The translations under genes and the position numbers were made by a program. From Pachysolen tannophilus NRRL Y-2460 (taxonomy: Eukaryota): a stretch of DNA of 64,000 bases. The stretch spans positions 248,001-312,000 of the forward strand of contig KV454015.1 of the NCBI GenBank assembly GCA_001661245.1. The letters run 5' to 3'. Numbering within the stretch: the first letter of the stretch is position 1; each line of letters begins with the position of its first letter. The notes beneath the pieces were generated by a model. That model was given only the letters and a program-made list of their open reading frames with translations, did no database searches and was not told where the DNA came from. Shown here piece by piece: positions 1-10,370 of the stretch.

Positions 1-1071
1 CAATTTAGACGTAATAATGGGATGTTAAATGATTTTAATAATTCTAATAATAGAAATGTTTCCTTTAGTGAAGATGATCTTACTAAAATTAAACAAGATG
101 AGATAAAAAGAGAAGAAGCTAAGATAGCTGCAGAAGATGATGATTATGATGATGATGGAGATCAACCAATAGATAGAGCAGAATTGGAAGATTCATATAA
201 TCCAGAAAGTTCGTTCCAGTTACCTCCCCCGAAAATCTTGACTTATGAAGAGAAAAAACAATATTTAAAAGGTATTATTAATCACTATTTAAAATTAGCA
301 AATGAAAGTGAAAATATGGCAAAAGTTGCATCTGAAAAATTTAAAAATGATAATTCAGAGCTTTCAAAAGTTGCTATACAAAATTGGAATAAAGATTCTT
401 GGTTAGTTTTATTAACAAGATTAGCTACTAGGGGTTTATTAGAAGAAGAGAAAAAAGAAATTAATGGTGATAGAGAAGATGAAAATTTGAGCGATTTGAT
501 TAGAAATGCAATTTTCCATTATTTTGCAGATGATATTAGAGGAAGAGTTGATATTGTTATAGAATGGTTGAATGAAGAATGGTTTAGTGAATATATTAAG
601 AATGAAAAAAAACTGATTGATTTAAAAGAAAATACTGATGGTTCTCAACCAGAGACAATTAAACAAGAAAATGAAGATACTTCTTCACTGGAAAGGGCTT
701 TGTTATCTCTTCATGCAAAAGGTTCAATAGTAACAACACCAAATTATATTTTATGGACATCAAAAGTTTTGGATAGTATGCTTTTATTTTTGGAATCTAA
801 TGATAGAAAAATATTTATTAGGTTGTTATCTGATTTACCATATTTGAATAAAGATTTAGTCTGGAAAATTAAATCGTTGTGCTTGGATCCTATTAGATTC
901 AAAATTGGATTTCAATCTATACAATTTTTAATTATGTACAGACCTCCAGTTAAGGAAACTTGTATCGATTTGTTAAAAGAATTATACGAGGAGACTTCTG
1001 AACAAACTGAATTAGAAGACTTGAAAAATGAAATTATCCTGTTGTTAAAGAAATTTTGTCCAGAGGAACTT
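1..1071 (+). CDS. PTA1: Pta1/symplekin-like mRNA 3'-processing factor, C-terminal part. It is 5'-partial, and the true last codons are displaced by an inversion to 2197-2236 on the - strand.
   Basis: The frame is open from base 1. Motifs WLVLLTRLATRG, IVIEWLNEEW, KIFIRLLSDLP and QFLIMYRPP are typical of the Pta1 C-terminal region. Residues after ...FCPEEL in the ORF track are antisense HOS1 sequence. Confidence 0.85.
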
Positions 1072-2024
1072 GGAATTAAAATCTCATTTATAATTTTTAA
1101 TAAATTTTTATTAGATAACCCTGCTCTCATTGGTAAATTCACATCATAATTGAAACCTTTCCCAATACCTCTATCTTTTTCTAAATCACCTGTTCCTGGG
1201 AAAAACCCAACATCAAACCGATGAATAGAAAAAGTTAGCACCTTATTTGACATTTTAAAAGCATTGGATACACCATCTCCATGATGTAAATCAAAATCAA
1301 TATACATTATTTTGTCAAAAACTGATCTTAATCTTAAAATACCAAGAACTATATCATTAATATAGCAAAACCCTGAAGCTTTTGTTTTTTGAGCATGATG
1401 CCTGCCTCCAAACCAGTTTATTGAAATTATCCTCGATTTAATTCTCTCTAACTTGTATTTCCTTATTAACCAGTCACAAGCAGATAAGGTACTACCACCA
1501 ATTATTTCAACGTATTTATTCATATACGGGAAAATCGAGCAGTCATAGATCAACCCTAATTCTTTTAGTTTATCCAAATTTTCCAGTGCTGATTCATTCT
1601 GATCTTCATCAAAACTATAATCTGAATTTTCTTCTTCTTCCTCCTCATTGTCTTCTTCTTCTTTTTCTTCTTCTTCTCCATCCACTGCTGACGTCTTTGA
1701 GTTAGTTAATTTTTTAGAAAACTTTGCAAGTTCCATTAACGATTTAAACTTCTCATGATCCAACTCATCATCAATATACTTTCTTTCCTTCATCAAGAAA
1801 TCCACAAACGATTTATCATGAAATTTAACCAAATCTTGCTTGTTACATTTCCTATAGTTGATCAATTGAACATTGGGTAACTTGTGTAAATTGTAAGCAT
1901 TTATTAGTGATGTTATCAATGACGATCTATTTTCATTCGAAGGAACTAAGTCACAGTAGAAACAATCTAAAGGTGACAACAACAATAATCCCACTTGAAC
2001 ACTGCAATTTGGTTCCACCGTCAT
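1071..2024 (-). CDS. HOS1: Class I histone deacetylase Hos1, N-terminal 318 codons (inside the inverted segment)
   Basis: Motifs INWFGGRHHA..KASGFCYINDIV, YIDFDLHHGDGV, FSIH and GFFPGTG. HDAC-like sequence stops at ...NEILIP (1071). Confidence 0.88.
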
Positions 2025-2196
2025 TAAACATTAAATTTATACTATAAATTATGTGAAATTCATTTTTAGAAATATACCTACAATATTTATATCAGAAGTT
2101 CAATTATCATTATCAAAGTTTTTATAAAGATGGTAAATAAAAAAAAAAAAAAAAAAAGTAAATACAAAATGCTATTAATGTGTGCTATAATACAGT

Positions 2197-2236
2197 TTAT
2201 GAGTTTTCTTTTATGGGTTGAGCGTCGTCGTTGTTA
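2197..2236 (-). CDS. PTA1: Displaced C-terminal tail and stop of PTA1 (..L NNDDAQPIKENS*)
   Basis: The reverse complement of 2236-2197 joins PTA1 codon CT|T in frame and ends in TAA. Confidence 0.7.
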
Positions 2237-2665
2237 ATTATTTACAAGTTTAAACCAGAATGTTTGGTGATACAATGTGGATGTGATGGATTAAATACAG
2301 ATGAGCATCAGCAGTGGAATTTAACTATAAAAGGCATGGCATTTGCAATTAACAAAATCTTGTCCACAACGGAAATGCCTGTATTACTACTAGGTGGTGG
2401 TGGATATAACCACACCGAGGTAGCGAAATGTTGGACTTATTTGACGCTGATTGCCAGTAATTTTCAAACAGAAAAAGATGATGATGATGATGATGATTAT
2501 GATAAATGGGATTTAATACCAGAACATTCTCATTTAGATTGCTATGAAGGAGATGGTTATGAATTTTGGAAGAACGAAAGAGAAAAGCGCATGAAAGATC
2601 AAAATGAAGAAGACGGATGGTTAGACTATCTTAAAAAAGAAATTTTGAAAAGAGATATTAAATAA
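2237..2665 (+). CDS. HOS1: Hos1 histone deacetylase, C-terminal part
   Basis: Reads IIYKFKPECLVIQCGCDGL..D, LLLGGGGYN and AKCWTYLT. It has no ATG of its own at the start and continues exactly from ...EILIP of the N-terminal piece. Confidence 0.88.
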   Translation: MIYKFKPECLVIQCGCDGLNTDEHQQWNLTIKGMAFAINKILSTTEMPVLLLGGGGYNHTEVAKCWTYLTLIASNFQTEKDDDDDDDYDKWDLIPEHSHLDCYEGDGYEFWKNEREKRMKDQNEEDGWLDYLKKEILKRDIK

Positions 2666-2731
2666 AAGAAAAGAATATAGAAAAAAAAAAAAAAAATGAA
2701 AATGCGTAATCGTAATTATTAAAAGTTTTGT

Positions 2732-4138
2732 TTAATCTAGTCGAAATAATGAACCAAAAGTTGTATTCCAAGTTTCATCCCATCTTTCTTGACTTTCAAG
2801 CATTGCACCTTTTTTAATTTTTTCTAATGATTCTGGTCCATTATTTTCATTTAATAATATTTCTAATGCATTAAACATTCCAATGAAATCTTTAACTAGA
2901 ATTCCATTCACTCCATCTTTAACCAATTCTTCAATTGAATCGAAGGTTAAACTAATAACGGGGATACCACATCCAAATAAATCTACAATTTTCATTGGTA
3001 AATCAACACCTGATGAAGATTTATGTAAGGATACACCTAAATCTGCTACGCTCAAAATTGTTGGATAATCTTCAGAAGAGACCCATATAGTTTTCACAAT
3101 AATTTTTGTAAAATCTGCTTTTTTAACTTGGTTTAAAAATTTTTCTTTTAAAGGACCTTTACCTGTTATTATTACTAAGAGATTTGGTAATGATTTATTT
3201 ATTTCTTCATCGTATAACATTAAAGCTTGAATTAATACTGAAAAATCTTCATCTTCTGAAAATGATGTTGAAGAAATAATTATTTTGTCTTTATTAGCTT
3301 CAAATTCGAAAAAATTGTTTGAAACTTCGAAAATTTGTGGGAATTTCAGTATAATTTTCAATTTTTCATCTTGAGATGAAACTGGTTTAAAATGATTAGC
3401 TGCTTTATCATATAAAGTTATTATTTTCAGTTTATTTATTCCAAATTCTTTATTTAAGAAAATACCCATTTTCTTTGATACAACTAAATTTAAATAACTA
3501 TATTTACTTAAAAATGATTCATAAAATTTCATAAATTTAACAATTGGATGCTGAAGATTTTGAAATTTTAAATTTAAAATTGTATAATTTAAATTATGCC
3601 AATCAATTATAATTTTACAATTTTTAAACCAAAATTTCTTTAATATAACAATTATTAATAAAATGGGTAAAGAAGGTGGATTTTGAATTAAAATATAATT
3701 TGAATTTTCCATAACATTAAATAACAATGAAGTTAAAGTAATACTTTGATATAAAACTTTTAATAAACCAAATAATATATAGGGTAAATGAAAATAATTT
3801 TTAATAACTTTTATTTGATAAATATCAATTTCTTCATCATTTAAGATATCTAATGGTAATAAACTTTCAACGTATCCACATAATTTAACTTGATACCCTA
3901 ATTTAGCAAAACTTTCCAGATGATAACACATTCTTGGTGAATGGCCTAAATCTCCCAATACACATATAACTATTTGATTTTTTTTAATCTTTAACCTTGA
4001 ATGAAATCTATTTGTTATTGCAGGTAATACAATATAAAAAATTAATGGAGAAGCAAAGTATACAATAATTAAACCCCAAACCCATCCTGCAAATTCAAAA
4101 GCTCCATGATCAAACCCTTTATACTCTATCCAGGACAT
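2732..4138 (-). CDS. ALG1: Chitobiosyldiphosphodolichol beta-1,4-mannosyltransferase
   Basis: Motifs VLGDLGHSPRM.YH, QNPPSLP, IIDWHN, SSTSFSEDEDF and SSSGVDLPMKIVD; N-terminal TM segment; ATG at 4138. Confidence 0.95.
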   Translation of the reverse strand: MSWIEYKGFDHGAFEFAGWVWGLIIVYFASPLIFYIVLPAITNRFHSRLKIKKNQIVICVLGDLGHSPRMCYHLESFAKLGYQVKLCGYVESLLPLDILNDEEIDIYQIKVIKNYFHLPYILFGLLKVLYQSITLTSLLFNVMENSNYILIQNPPSLPILLIIVILKKFWFKNCKIIIDWHNLNYTILNLKFQNLQHPIVKFMKFYESFLSKYSYLNLVVSKKMGIFLNKEFGINKLKIITLYDKAANHFKPVSSQDEKLKIILKFPQIFEVSNNFFEFEANKDKIIISSTSFSEDEDFSVLIQALMLYDEEINKSLPNLLVIITGKGPLKEKFLNQVKKADFTKIIVKTIWVSSEDYPTILSVADLGVSLHKSSSGVDLPMKIVDLFGCGIPVISLTFDSIEELVKDGVNGILVKDFIGMFNALEILLNENNGPESLEKIKKGAMLESQERWDETWNTTFGSLFRLD

Positions 4139-4244
4139 ACTCAACCTCAAGCCCTAACACACCTTTAATTGATCAATTACTTTTTTAAAATCATTTTTAA
4201 TTAAAGTATATATATATATATATATATATATATTTGAAATGAGA

Positions 4245-4866
4245 ACAACTTGGCCAGCCGTGGCCAAGTTGGTGCCAATGTCGGGCGGGAGAAAACCAAA
4301 GTGAGCCGCCCGCCTGCTATTCACCTCATCGACCGCCCCGTTGTCCACCGCCCGCAGCCACCACCCACCTCCGGACGCCGCTGTTCCCTTTGTCCCCTCG
4401 TCCCTTTGTTCCAACGGTCCCAGTTGCTACCGCTTCCGCCGCCATTGCCGCCCTTGTCTTTTACCCCTTTTTTTCTCCTGGTCGTGTATCCTGGCCCTCA
4501 AAAGACGGACTCTTAACCTTTTGAGCTCCCTCACTTTAAACTACAACAACTACAATTAATACAATTACTTGTAACTAGAACTTCACAAAAAGAAACCTTG
4601 ATTGAAATTGGGTTTCTTTATCTTTTACAGTAAATTCTTTATTCCAAGAGTAAGAATAACATAGTTAATAACTCCTAATAAATACAAGTGAAAGAACACC
4701 ATTTTTTCTCTTCTTCCAGGGTAATTTTCAGCACGTCACCCATATAGTATCCCATATAGAGTTTCTCATATTAACCTGTAGTTAGCAGGTAATCGCTCGT
4801 AGTCGCGCGCTGTGTAAATGGCAGCACGGCGGCGTTTAGTGCCTGGACTTTAGACACGGTTTCAGT
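4245..4866. other. GC-rich, hairpin-dense island; candidate structured ncRNA of unassigned family
   Basis: Abrupt rise in GC within an AT-rich intergenic region. Perfect 11-bp stem at 4246-4271, with further stems at 4497-4525, 4589-4619 and 4773-4790. No credible ORF. Confidence 0.4.
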
Positions 4867-5037
4867 AAAAATAACAAAAGAAAGAAAGAAAGAAAAAAAA
4901 AAAGAAAGAGGAAATAAACAATACAATAAGTTAAATATATATATATTAATATATTAATATATTAATATATTTAAACAGCGGATATTGTTATTAAATCAAT
5001 TAATTGCTGAAAAGTAGTATTAAGAATCTATTGAATT

Positions 5038-5880
5038 ATGGTATGTTATTTTATGAATTTGAAGATTTATTGAATATAATTTAGCGTTTGTTTATGGAAT
5101 GTTGGCTTTTACCTTTATTTTTTTTTTTTTTTTTGCTTTTTAGCCTTTGCCTCTCTCTGCCTTTGCTTTTTTTTGCTTTTTGCTTTCTTTCTTTTTATTT
5201 TTCTTTTTGGCTTTTTTTTGGCTTTGGCGGTTGAAGATTTTTCTCCTTTGGAATGTTATGTGGAAGATCGTGATACCAGGCTGATGTTTTATGTTTTAAA
5301 CGGATTTATAAAAGGTTAAAGTATTGGGTGTCCCTGAGTTATATTCAATTTTTTTTTTTTTTGATTTCAAAAGAAAAAATAAAAAGAAAAATTTATTAAA
5401 TGTTTTTGTTACTAACTAAAAATGGTTAAACAGTCTGAAAAATTATCTGAAGAACAAATCACAGAATTTAAAGAAGCTTTTTCTTTATTCGATAAGGATA
5501 ATGATGGTAAGATCACAACAAAAGAATTGGGTACTGTTATGAGATCTTTGGGACAGAATCCTTCTGAAAGTGAATTGAATGATATGATTAATGAAGTTGA
5601 TGTTAATAATGATGGTAGTATAGATTTCCCTGAATTCTTAACAATGATGGCAAGAAAAATGAAAGATTCGGATTCAGAAGCAGAAATTATTGAAGCATTT
5701 AAAGTCTTTGATACCAATGGTGATGGAAAAATTAGTGCTGCTGAATTAAGACATGTTTTAACTTCAATTGGAGAGAAATTGTCCGATTATGAAGTTGATG
5801 AAATGATTAAAGAAGCAGATACAAATAATGATGGAGAAATAGATATCAAGGAATTTACACAATTGTTGGTAGGTAAATAG
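5038..5880 (+). CDS. CMD1: Calmodulin. Exon 1 = ATG 5038-5040, intron 5041-5433, exon 2 5434-5880.
   Basis: Four EF hands ([18 protein letters not shown]...). GTATGT donor follows the ATG directly, TACTAAC branch at 5410-5416, CAG acceptor at 5431-5433. The spliced start reads MSEKLSEEQ. Confidence 0.97.
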
Positions 5881-6304
5881 AATAGAGTTTTAAACTTGAG
5901 AAGGTCCCACCCATTATGGGATCGTATATGATTATGTATACAATTTTTGTTTTTTTGGTTTTTTTTTTTTTTCTTTTTTCTTGTCTTTTCTTTTCTTTTG
6001 TTTTGTTTTGTTTTGTTTTTTTTCTTTTTGATTTGATTACTTTCTCTTATTCTTTCTTGTTTTATGTTACTTCATATGCTTCGGATTTTGAGTATACACT
6101 TGATTTAAAGTGTTATAGTGATTTCACGCGTATATTTTAATTTTAAGTGGAAGACAAAAAGAAAAAAGAAAAAAGAAAAAAAAAAAAAAAAACTCAATAT
6201 ATATATAAAGTTCACAATAATCATTTTAGTTAAAGAAAAGTACAAATATAATCTTTTCATTTCAATGTAAAAAAAAAAAAAAAAAAATAAGACGGTGGAA
6301 AAGT

Positions 6305-9300
6305 TTATGGCCAACTTGGGTTTAATTCCCCAACCCATTCGGCCTCCATTGGTCTAAACATTTTAATTTCACCTTCAGTTAATTTTTTCAAATCTAAAGC
6401 ATCTCTAACAACTTTTTTCATTCCACCAGTATTTTGATGAATAACCATCAATTCACCATCACCTCTATTTTCTAAAACAATTGAAGTATGATCAGGTGCT
6501 CCAAGCATCATAGTTTTATTTGGATATTTGAAAATACATGATTTGAATTGTAAAATATCACCTCTTCTAATTTCATCGCTTACCAGTGATTTTGTAAAAA
6601 TTGGAGATGATGACTCACCATTACCAGTCTCGATTTCATACAAATATCCATGGTTGAGCCCGTCACTGATAAAAGCATGCTTACCACAAGCTTTTTCTAA
6701 TGCATCATGGGCCAATGTCCAGCACTCGCCATTTCCAACTTTAGTACCTTCCTTCACTTCACACCAACTAGCAACATGATTACCAAATTTTTCATGTGAT
6801 TCCAAAAGTTGCCTTTGAGAAGTTACTTGTGGCGGTGGTACAAATTTCTTATCAACATCGTACGAGTTACGAGGCTCTGATGATATCTTTGACCATTTTA
6901 TCCTCAATTTTAAAATTGACAAATCTCTTAATCTAAAAACAAAAATTCTAAAATTTTCATTCCCTGAATAGCCAAACGATGTTGCAAAATTTAAACCTCT
7001 TAAAGATTGCGGTAAGTCGGACAATGACTGATCGGACCACCAACCGGATGATAATTGCAAATCTAAATCCGGTTCTTGCCACAGTAATCTACTGTTACGA
7101 GATGGCGGAGCAACAGGTGGACCTGAAGATTTTTGACTTAATAATCTCGGTTTAACCGGTGGCAGGACAGGTTTTTTATGTTCTGGAGTCATCGAGGTCT
7201 TCAGTTGCGGCAGAGGAATGGCAACTCGGGGTCTTGGTTTAACAGGTGGAGGTGTATCATCACTATCACTTCTACCAGAGTGAGCAGATATTGGGGGTTC
7301 TCGGTTCACTGGTAAAGGTTGTGGATGCTTCATTTGAACTTCTTCATGCTGATACAAGTTGTCACGACGTTTTGGTATTGGCGGCAGTTCTTCATTATCA
7401 TCATTTGACAGAACCGACGAAGAATCATTATTCTTACCAGACAGCGCTGATGATGGTAATATTTGTACAGGAGTTCTCAATCTAACCTGATGACCGTAAC
7501 TTTCTTCTTCTTTAAGTTGTTGGCGTCTCTGAGGCAAATGAGGAGCTTCTTCTTCGTCATCTTTCTGTATATTTCCGTTATACCTCGAAGGCATTGAAGG
7601 TAATTTAACTCCACCAAAAGGTTTGCCTTGATTATATTCATTGTCTTCTCCGGTATTTTCTTTTGAAGTTTGTCTCATAAAAGAAGGCTTTTTAGCTACC
7701 GTAGGCTTTGGTTTAATTATTGGTGGTTTCTTAGGTTTGGAGATATCTTTTTGATTATTTCTTGGCTCTTGTAAGGCTATTTTTTCTGTTACCTGATTTA
7801 AATTTTTTTTAAAAGAAAGCCTGTCCATATTCTCTTCCTCATCTTTTTTAAAATCATCATTACCAGATTCAAGATTCTCAGTTGTACTATCTGATTTTTC
7901 AAATCGATCCAAATTTCGGTTTGTCTTTCTCAATCCTCCGCGTAAAGATCCAATAAAATTTTCATTTTCATTGTCTTGCTGAGAAGACAATTTGTAGTCT
8001 TGAGATCTTTGGCTAATAGATCTCTCTTTCAAAAAATGATGTTCATTGAGCGGAGCAGGAACAGAAGAGCTCAGTTCAGCGTGATCCGTATGATCTACGA
8101 TTTGCTCTTTAGATTCAATTTCATTATCATTACCAACAGATAAATTTTTCGGTTTCTTTGCTGGTTTTGGAGGTGGACCTTTTTTATTCAAAGATAAGTT
8201 CTCAGTTTTTTTAACTATATTGGAAAATGGTTCATTATCTTCTTTAGAATAACTTGACTGCATGGAAATTTTTGCTGATCTTCTATCATCATTAGCAATA
8301 TTTTTAGTTTCTGGTCTATAAGGCCTTGGAGGTGGGGGTAAAGATGAAATATCATTCGATTTTTCAACTTTATTATTCAGTTGTACGTTTTCCAGTCTAG
8401 CAGCATTGATAGGAGTAGCATTTGATGATGTCCTTGTTGGTAACGGTGGAAGTGGGCTAGCCAGCGCGTTAGAGAGATTTGAAGTTGACAGACCATTTAC
8501 CTGGCCTCTAAAAGGCTTTGGAGGGGGTGTAAAACTATTAATTTGAGATTCAGCACTAATTGGAGTTGAAACTTTTTCCGTAGATACAGAATGAGAAACA
8601 TCATGCTCTGGAGCAGTTTGCGGAGTCAGTACACCAGTAGATGAGCTTGTTGACTTCTTGGAAAGCTGTTCTGATGCACCTCTTCCTCTATGGATTGGTG
8701 GCGGAGCAAAAGACTTTGGATCAGGAAGAGGTTTAAGTGGTTTCTGCTCTTCTTCATCTTCTTCACCAGGCAATTTTGGCATTCTAACACCAAAGTTACC
8801 TACTGGAGATGGTACATCAAGTGCCGGAGGTGACGAAATATGGGGTTGCCCATTTACTTGTTGCGTTGGCTGTTGAACTTGATAATAGGGGTTATTAAAC
8901 GATAATTCATTTTGTTGTTCGGGTTGTCCGGGTTGTGGTTGCTGATACTGATTCGAATTCTCAAAAGAATCTCTTGGAGGTGGAACAGGAAGCAGCGTTC
9001 TAGCATACTGCTGTTGCTGTTGTTGTTGTGGTGGTGGTGGTGGTAGCTGTTGAGTTTGTGGTAATGGCAGAGATTGTGGCTGCTGCATAGGCATAGGCAT
9101 TGGCGTTGGCGGCTGAGGTTGCTGAGGCTGCTGAGGCTGCTGCGGTTGTTGATAAGCAGGAGAAGCAGGTGCTTGATATTGCATCGGCAGCGGCTGTTGT
9201 TGATAACCTTGTGGCAGTAATGGCTGCTGCTCATAACCTTGCTGCTGAGGCTGATAGTACTGCTGCTGCTGCTGAGTCTGTTGCAGTGGAATTGGCTGAA

Positions 9301-9883
9301 TTTGAGCTGGCTGTTGATATCCCTGCTGTGGAACTGACTGCTGTGAAGCAAACTGCTGTGGTGGAGCAGGCTGTTGTTGGTTATAGTACATCTGTTGTGG
9401 TTGTTGTTGTGGTTGAGGTTGTTGATATCCTGGCTGATACGAGGATTGTAGTTGCTGCTGCGAGTACCCAACCATCGGCTGCTGCTGTTGTAGTGGTTGT
9501 TGTACTTGTGCTGGTGGAAGATATCCCCCCGCTGATCCAGCTGTACCATTTCTTGCTGGTGGAGCAGGAAATTGCGATGGATTTACTGTGGAATACGAAT
9601 TTGCAGTTCTAGAAGATGAACCACCAGAACGACGCTCTTCTTCATCGGAATAATCATCATATTCACTATCCGAGCGGCTATCACGCTTGCTACCACTACG
9701 ACGGCTATGCCCATCCCTTCTATGTCTTCCATGTGCACTTTTCGACTTATCTCTATTATCATAAGCTTTCTTACCAGCATGATATCCAGCAACAGTGACT
9801 TTTTTGGTTCCAATAGCGGCACCTTTAAGCGTAGCTTTCCCAGCAGCTTTAAATGTACCTTTATTTTCTTCCCAAAACGGCAT
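6305..9883 (-). CDS. AIM3: Aim3-family actin-patch protein, Pro/Gln-rich, with a C-terminal Bbc1-like domain
   Basis: N-terminus MPFWEENK...GTKKV..AGY and the DPKSFAPPP motif resemble Aim3. The C-terminal domain contains VGNGECWTLA and GAPDHTSIV. Syntenic with CMD1 and IML3. Confidence 0.75.
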   Translation of the reverse strand: MPFWEENKGTFKAAGKATLKGAAIGTKKVTVAGYHAGKKAYDNRDKSKSAHGRHRRDGHSRRSGSKRDSRSDSEYDDYSDEEERRSGGSSSRTANSYSTVNPSQFPAPPARNGTAGSAGGYLPPAQVQQPLQQQQPMVGYSQQQLQSSYQPGYQQPQPQQQPQQMYYNQQQPAPPQQFASQQSVPQQGYQQPAQIQPIPLQQTQQQQQYYQPQQQGYEQQPLLPQGYQQQPLPMQYQAPASPAYQQPQQPQQPQQPQPPTPMPMPMQQPQSLPLPQTQQLPPPPPQQQQQQQYARTLLPVPPPRDSFENSNQYQQPQPGQPEQQNELSFNNPYYQVQQPTQQVNGQPHISSPPALDVPSPVGNFGVRMPKLPGEEDEEEQKPLKPLPDPKSFAPPPIHRGRGASEQLSKKSTSSSTGVLTPQTAPEHDVSHSVSTEKVSTPISAESQINSFTPPPKPFRGQVNGLSTSNLSNALASPLPPLPTRTSSNATPINAARLENVQLNNKVEKSNDISSLPPPPRPYRPETKNIANDDRRSAKISMQSSYSKEDNEPFSNIVKKTENLSLNKKGPPPKPAKKPKNLSVGNDNEIESKEQIVDHTDHAELSSSVPAPLNEHHFLKERSISQRSQDYKLSSQQDNENENFIGSLRGGLRKTNRNLDRFEKSDSTTENLESGNDDFKKDEEENMDRLSFKKNLNQVTEKIALQEPRNNQKDISKPKKPPIIKPKPTVAKKPSFMRQTSKENTGEDNEYNQGKPFGGVKLPSMPSRYNGNIQKDDEEEAPHLPQRRQQLKEEESYGHQVRLRTPVQILPSSALSGKNNDSSSVLSNDDNEELPPIPKRRDNLYQHEEVQMKHPQPLPVNREPPISAHSGRSDSDDTPPPVKPRPRVAIPLPQLKTSMTPEHKKPVLPPVKPRLLSQKSSGPPVAPPSRNSRLLWQEPDLDLQLSSGWWSDQSLSDLPQSLRGLNFATSFGYSGNENFRIFVFRLRDLSILKLRIKWSKISSEPRNSYDVDKKFVPPPQVTSQRQLLESHEKFGNHVASWCEVKEGTKVGNGECWTLAHDALEKACGKHAFISDGLNHGYLYEIETGNGESSSPIFTKSLVSDEIRRGDILQFKSCIFKYPNKTMMLGAPDHTSIVLENRGDGELMVIHQNTGGMKKVVRDALDLKKLTEGEIKMFRPMEAEWVGELNPSWP

Positions 9884-10370
9884 TTACCAATGACTATCTC
9901 TAATAGAAATCTCCTCTATTGATTAATTTTCAATTCGTAATTTAACTAATAATTTAATCAACTATATATATGATACGAGAAGATGGGTTGGCATTTTAAA
10001 ATTCAAATTTAAGAAAATCACTAAATGCGCTCTAAATGCGTTCAAAATGCGCATTAAATTACTAAGAGCGGTACGCTTTCTAAAAGTTTACTAATACACA
10101 GGTGTGGTACGCTTTTAAAATTAGACATGTGCACTTTATATACGCAAATGTTTTAATGCGTACCGCACTTTTTATGCGCTTTTTAATTGCACTCTCCTCG
10201 CTTTTTTCTTTACAGCGTTGCGCATTGTGCGCGCGTAAGTGCGTGTCTTTCTCTCTTATACATATATATAATCACTGTTTACATATATAATTTTTGTAAA
10301 TACAAATACCAATATATATATATATATATATATATATGATTCAGTTGAATTAAAGGTATGAAAAGTTAGA

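Noticed and set aside
912..1149. Apparent antisense overlap of the PTA1 and HOS1 ORFs
   Set aside because: The overlap is read-through across the inversion junction at ~1071, not a real overlapping-gene arrangement.
2231..2665. Independent small HDAC-like gene
   Set aside because: It starts at TTG and is the displaced C-terminus of HOS1.
4453..4466. TGTCTTTTACC resembling U5 snRNA loop 1
   Set aside because: It differs from the invariant GCCUUUUAC and lacks the closing stem and Sm site.
4154..4559. Three short ORFs in the GC island
   Set aside because: Atypical composition, mutual overlap and no homology; they are expected by chance in GC-rich sequence.
5255..5340. Possible C/D snoRNA in the CMD1 intron (two CTGA boxes)
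   Set aside because: No RTGATGA C box and no recognisable rRNA-complementary guide.
5422..5433. ORF-track start MVKQ of calmodulin
   Set aside because: It lies between the branch point and the acceptor, inside the intron; the true ATG is 5038.
8854..9922. Alternative-frame and antisense ORFs over AIM3
   Set aside because: Shadow ORFs produced by stop-poor Gln/Pro repeat codons.
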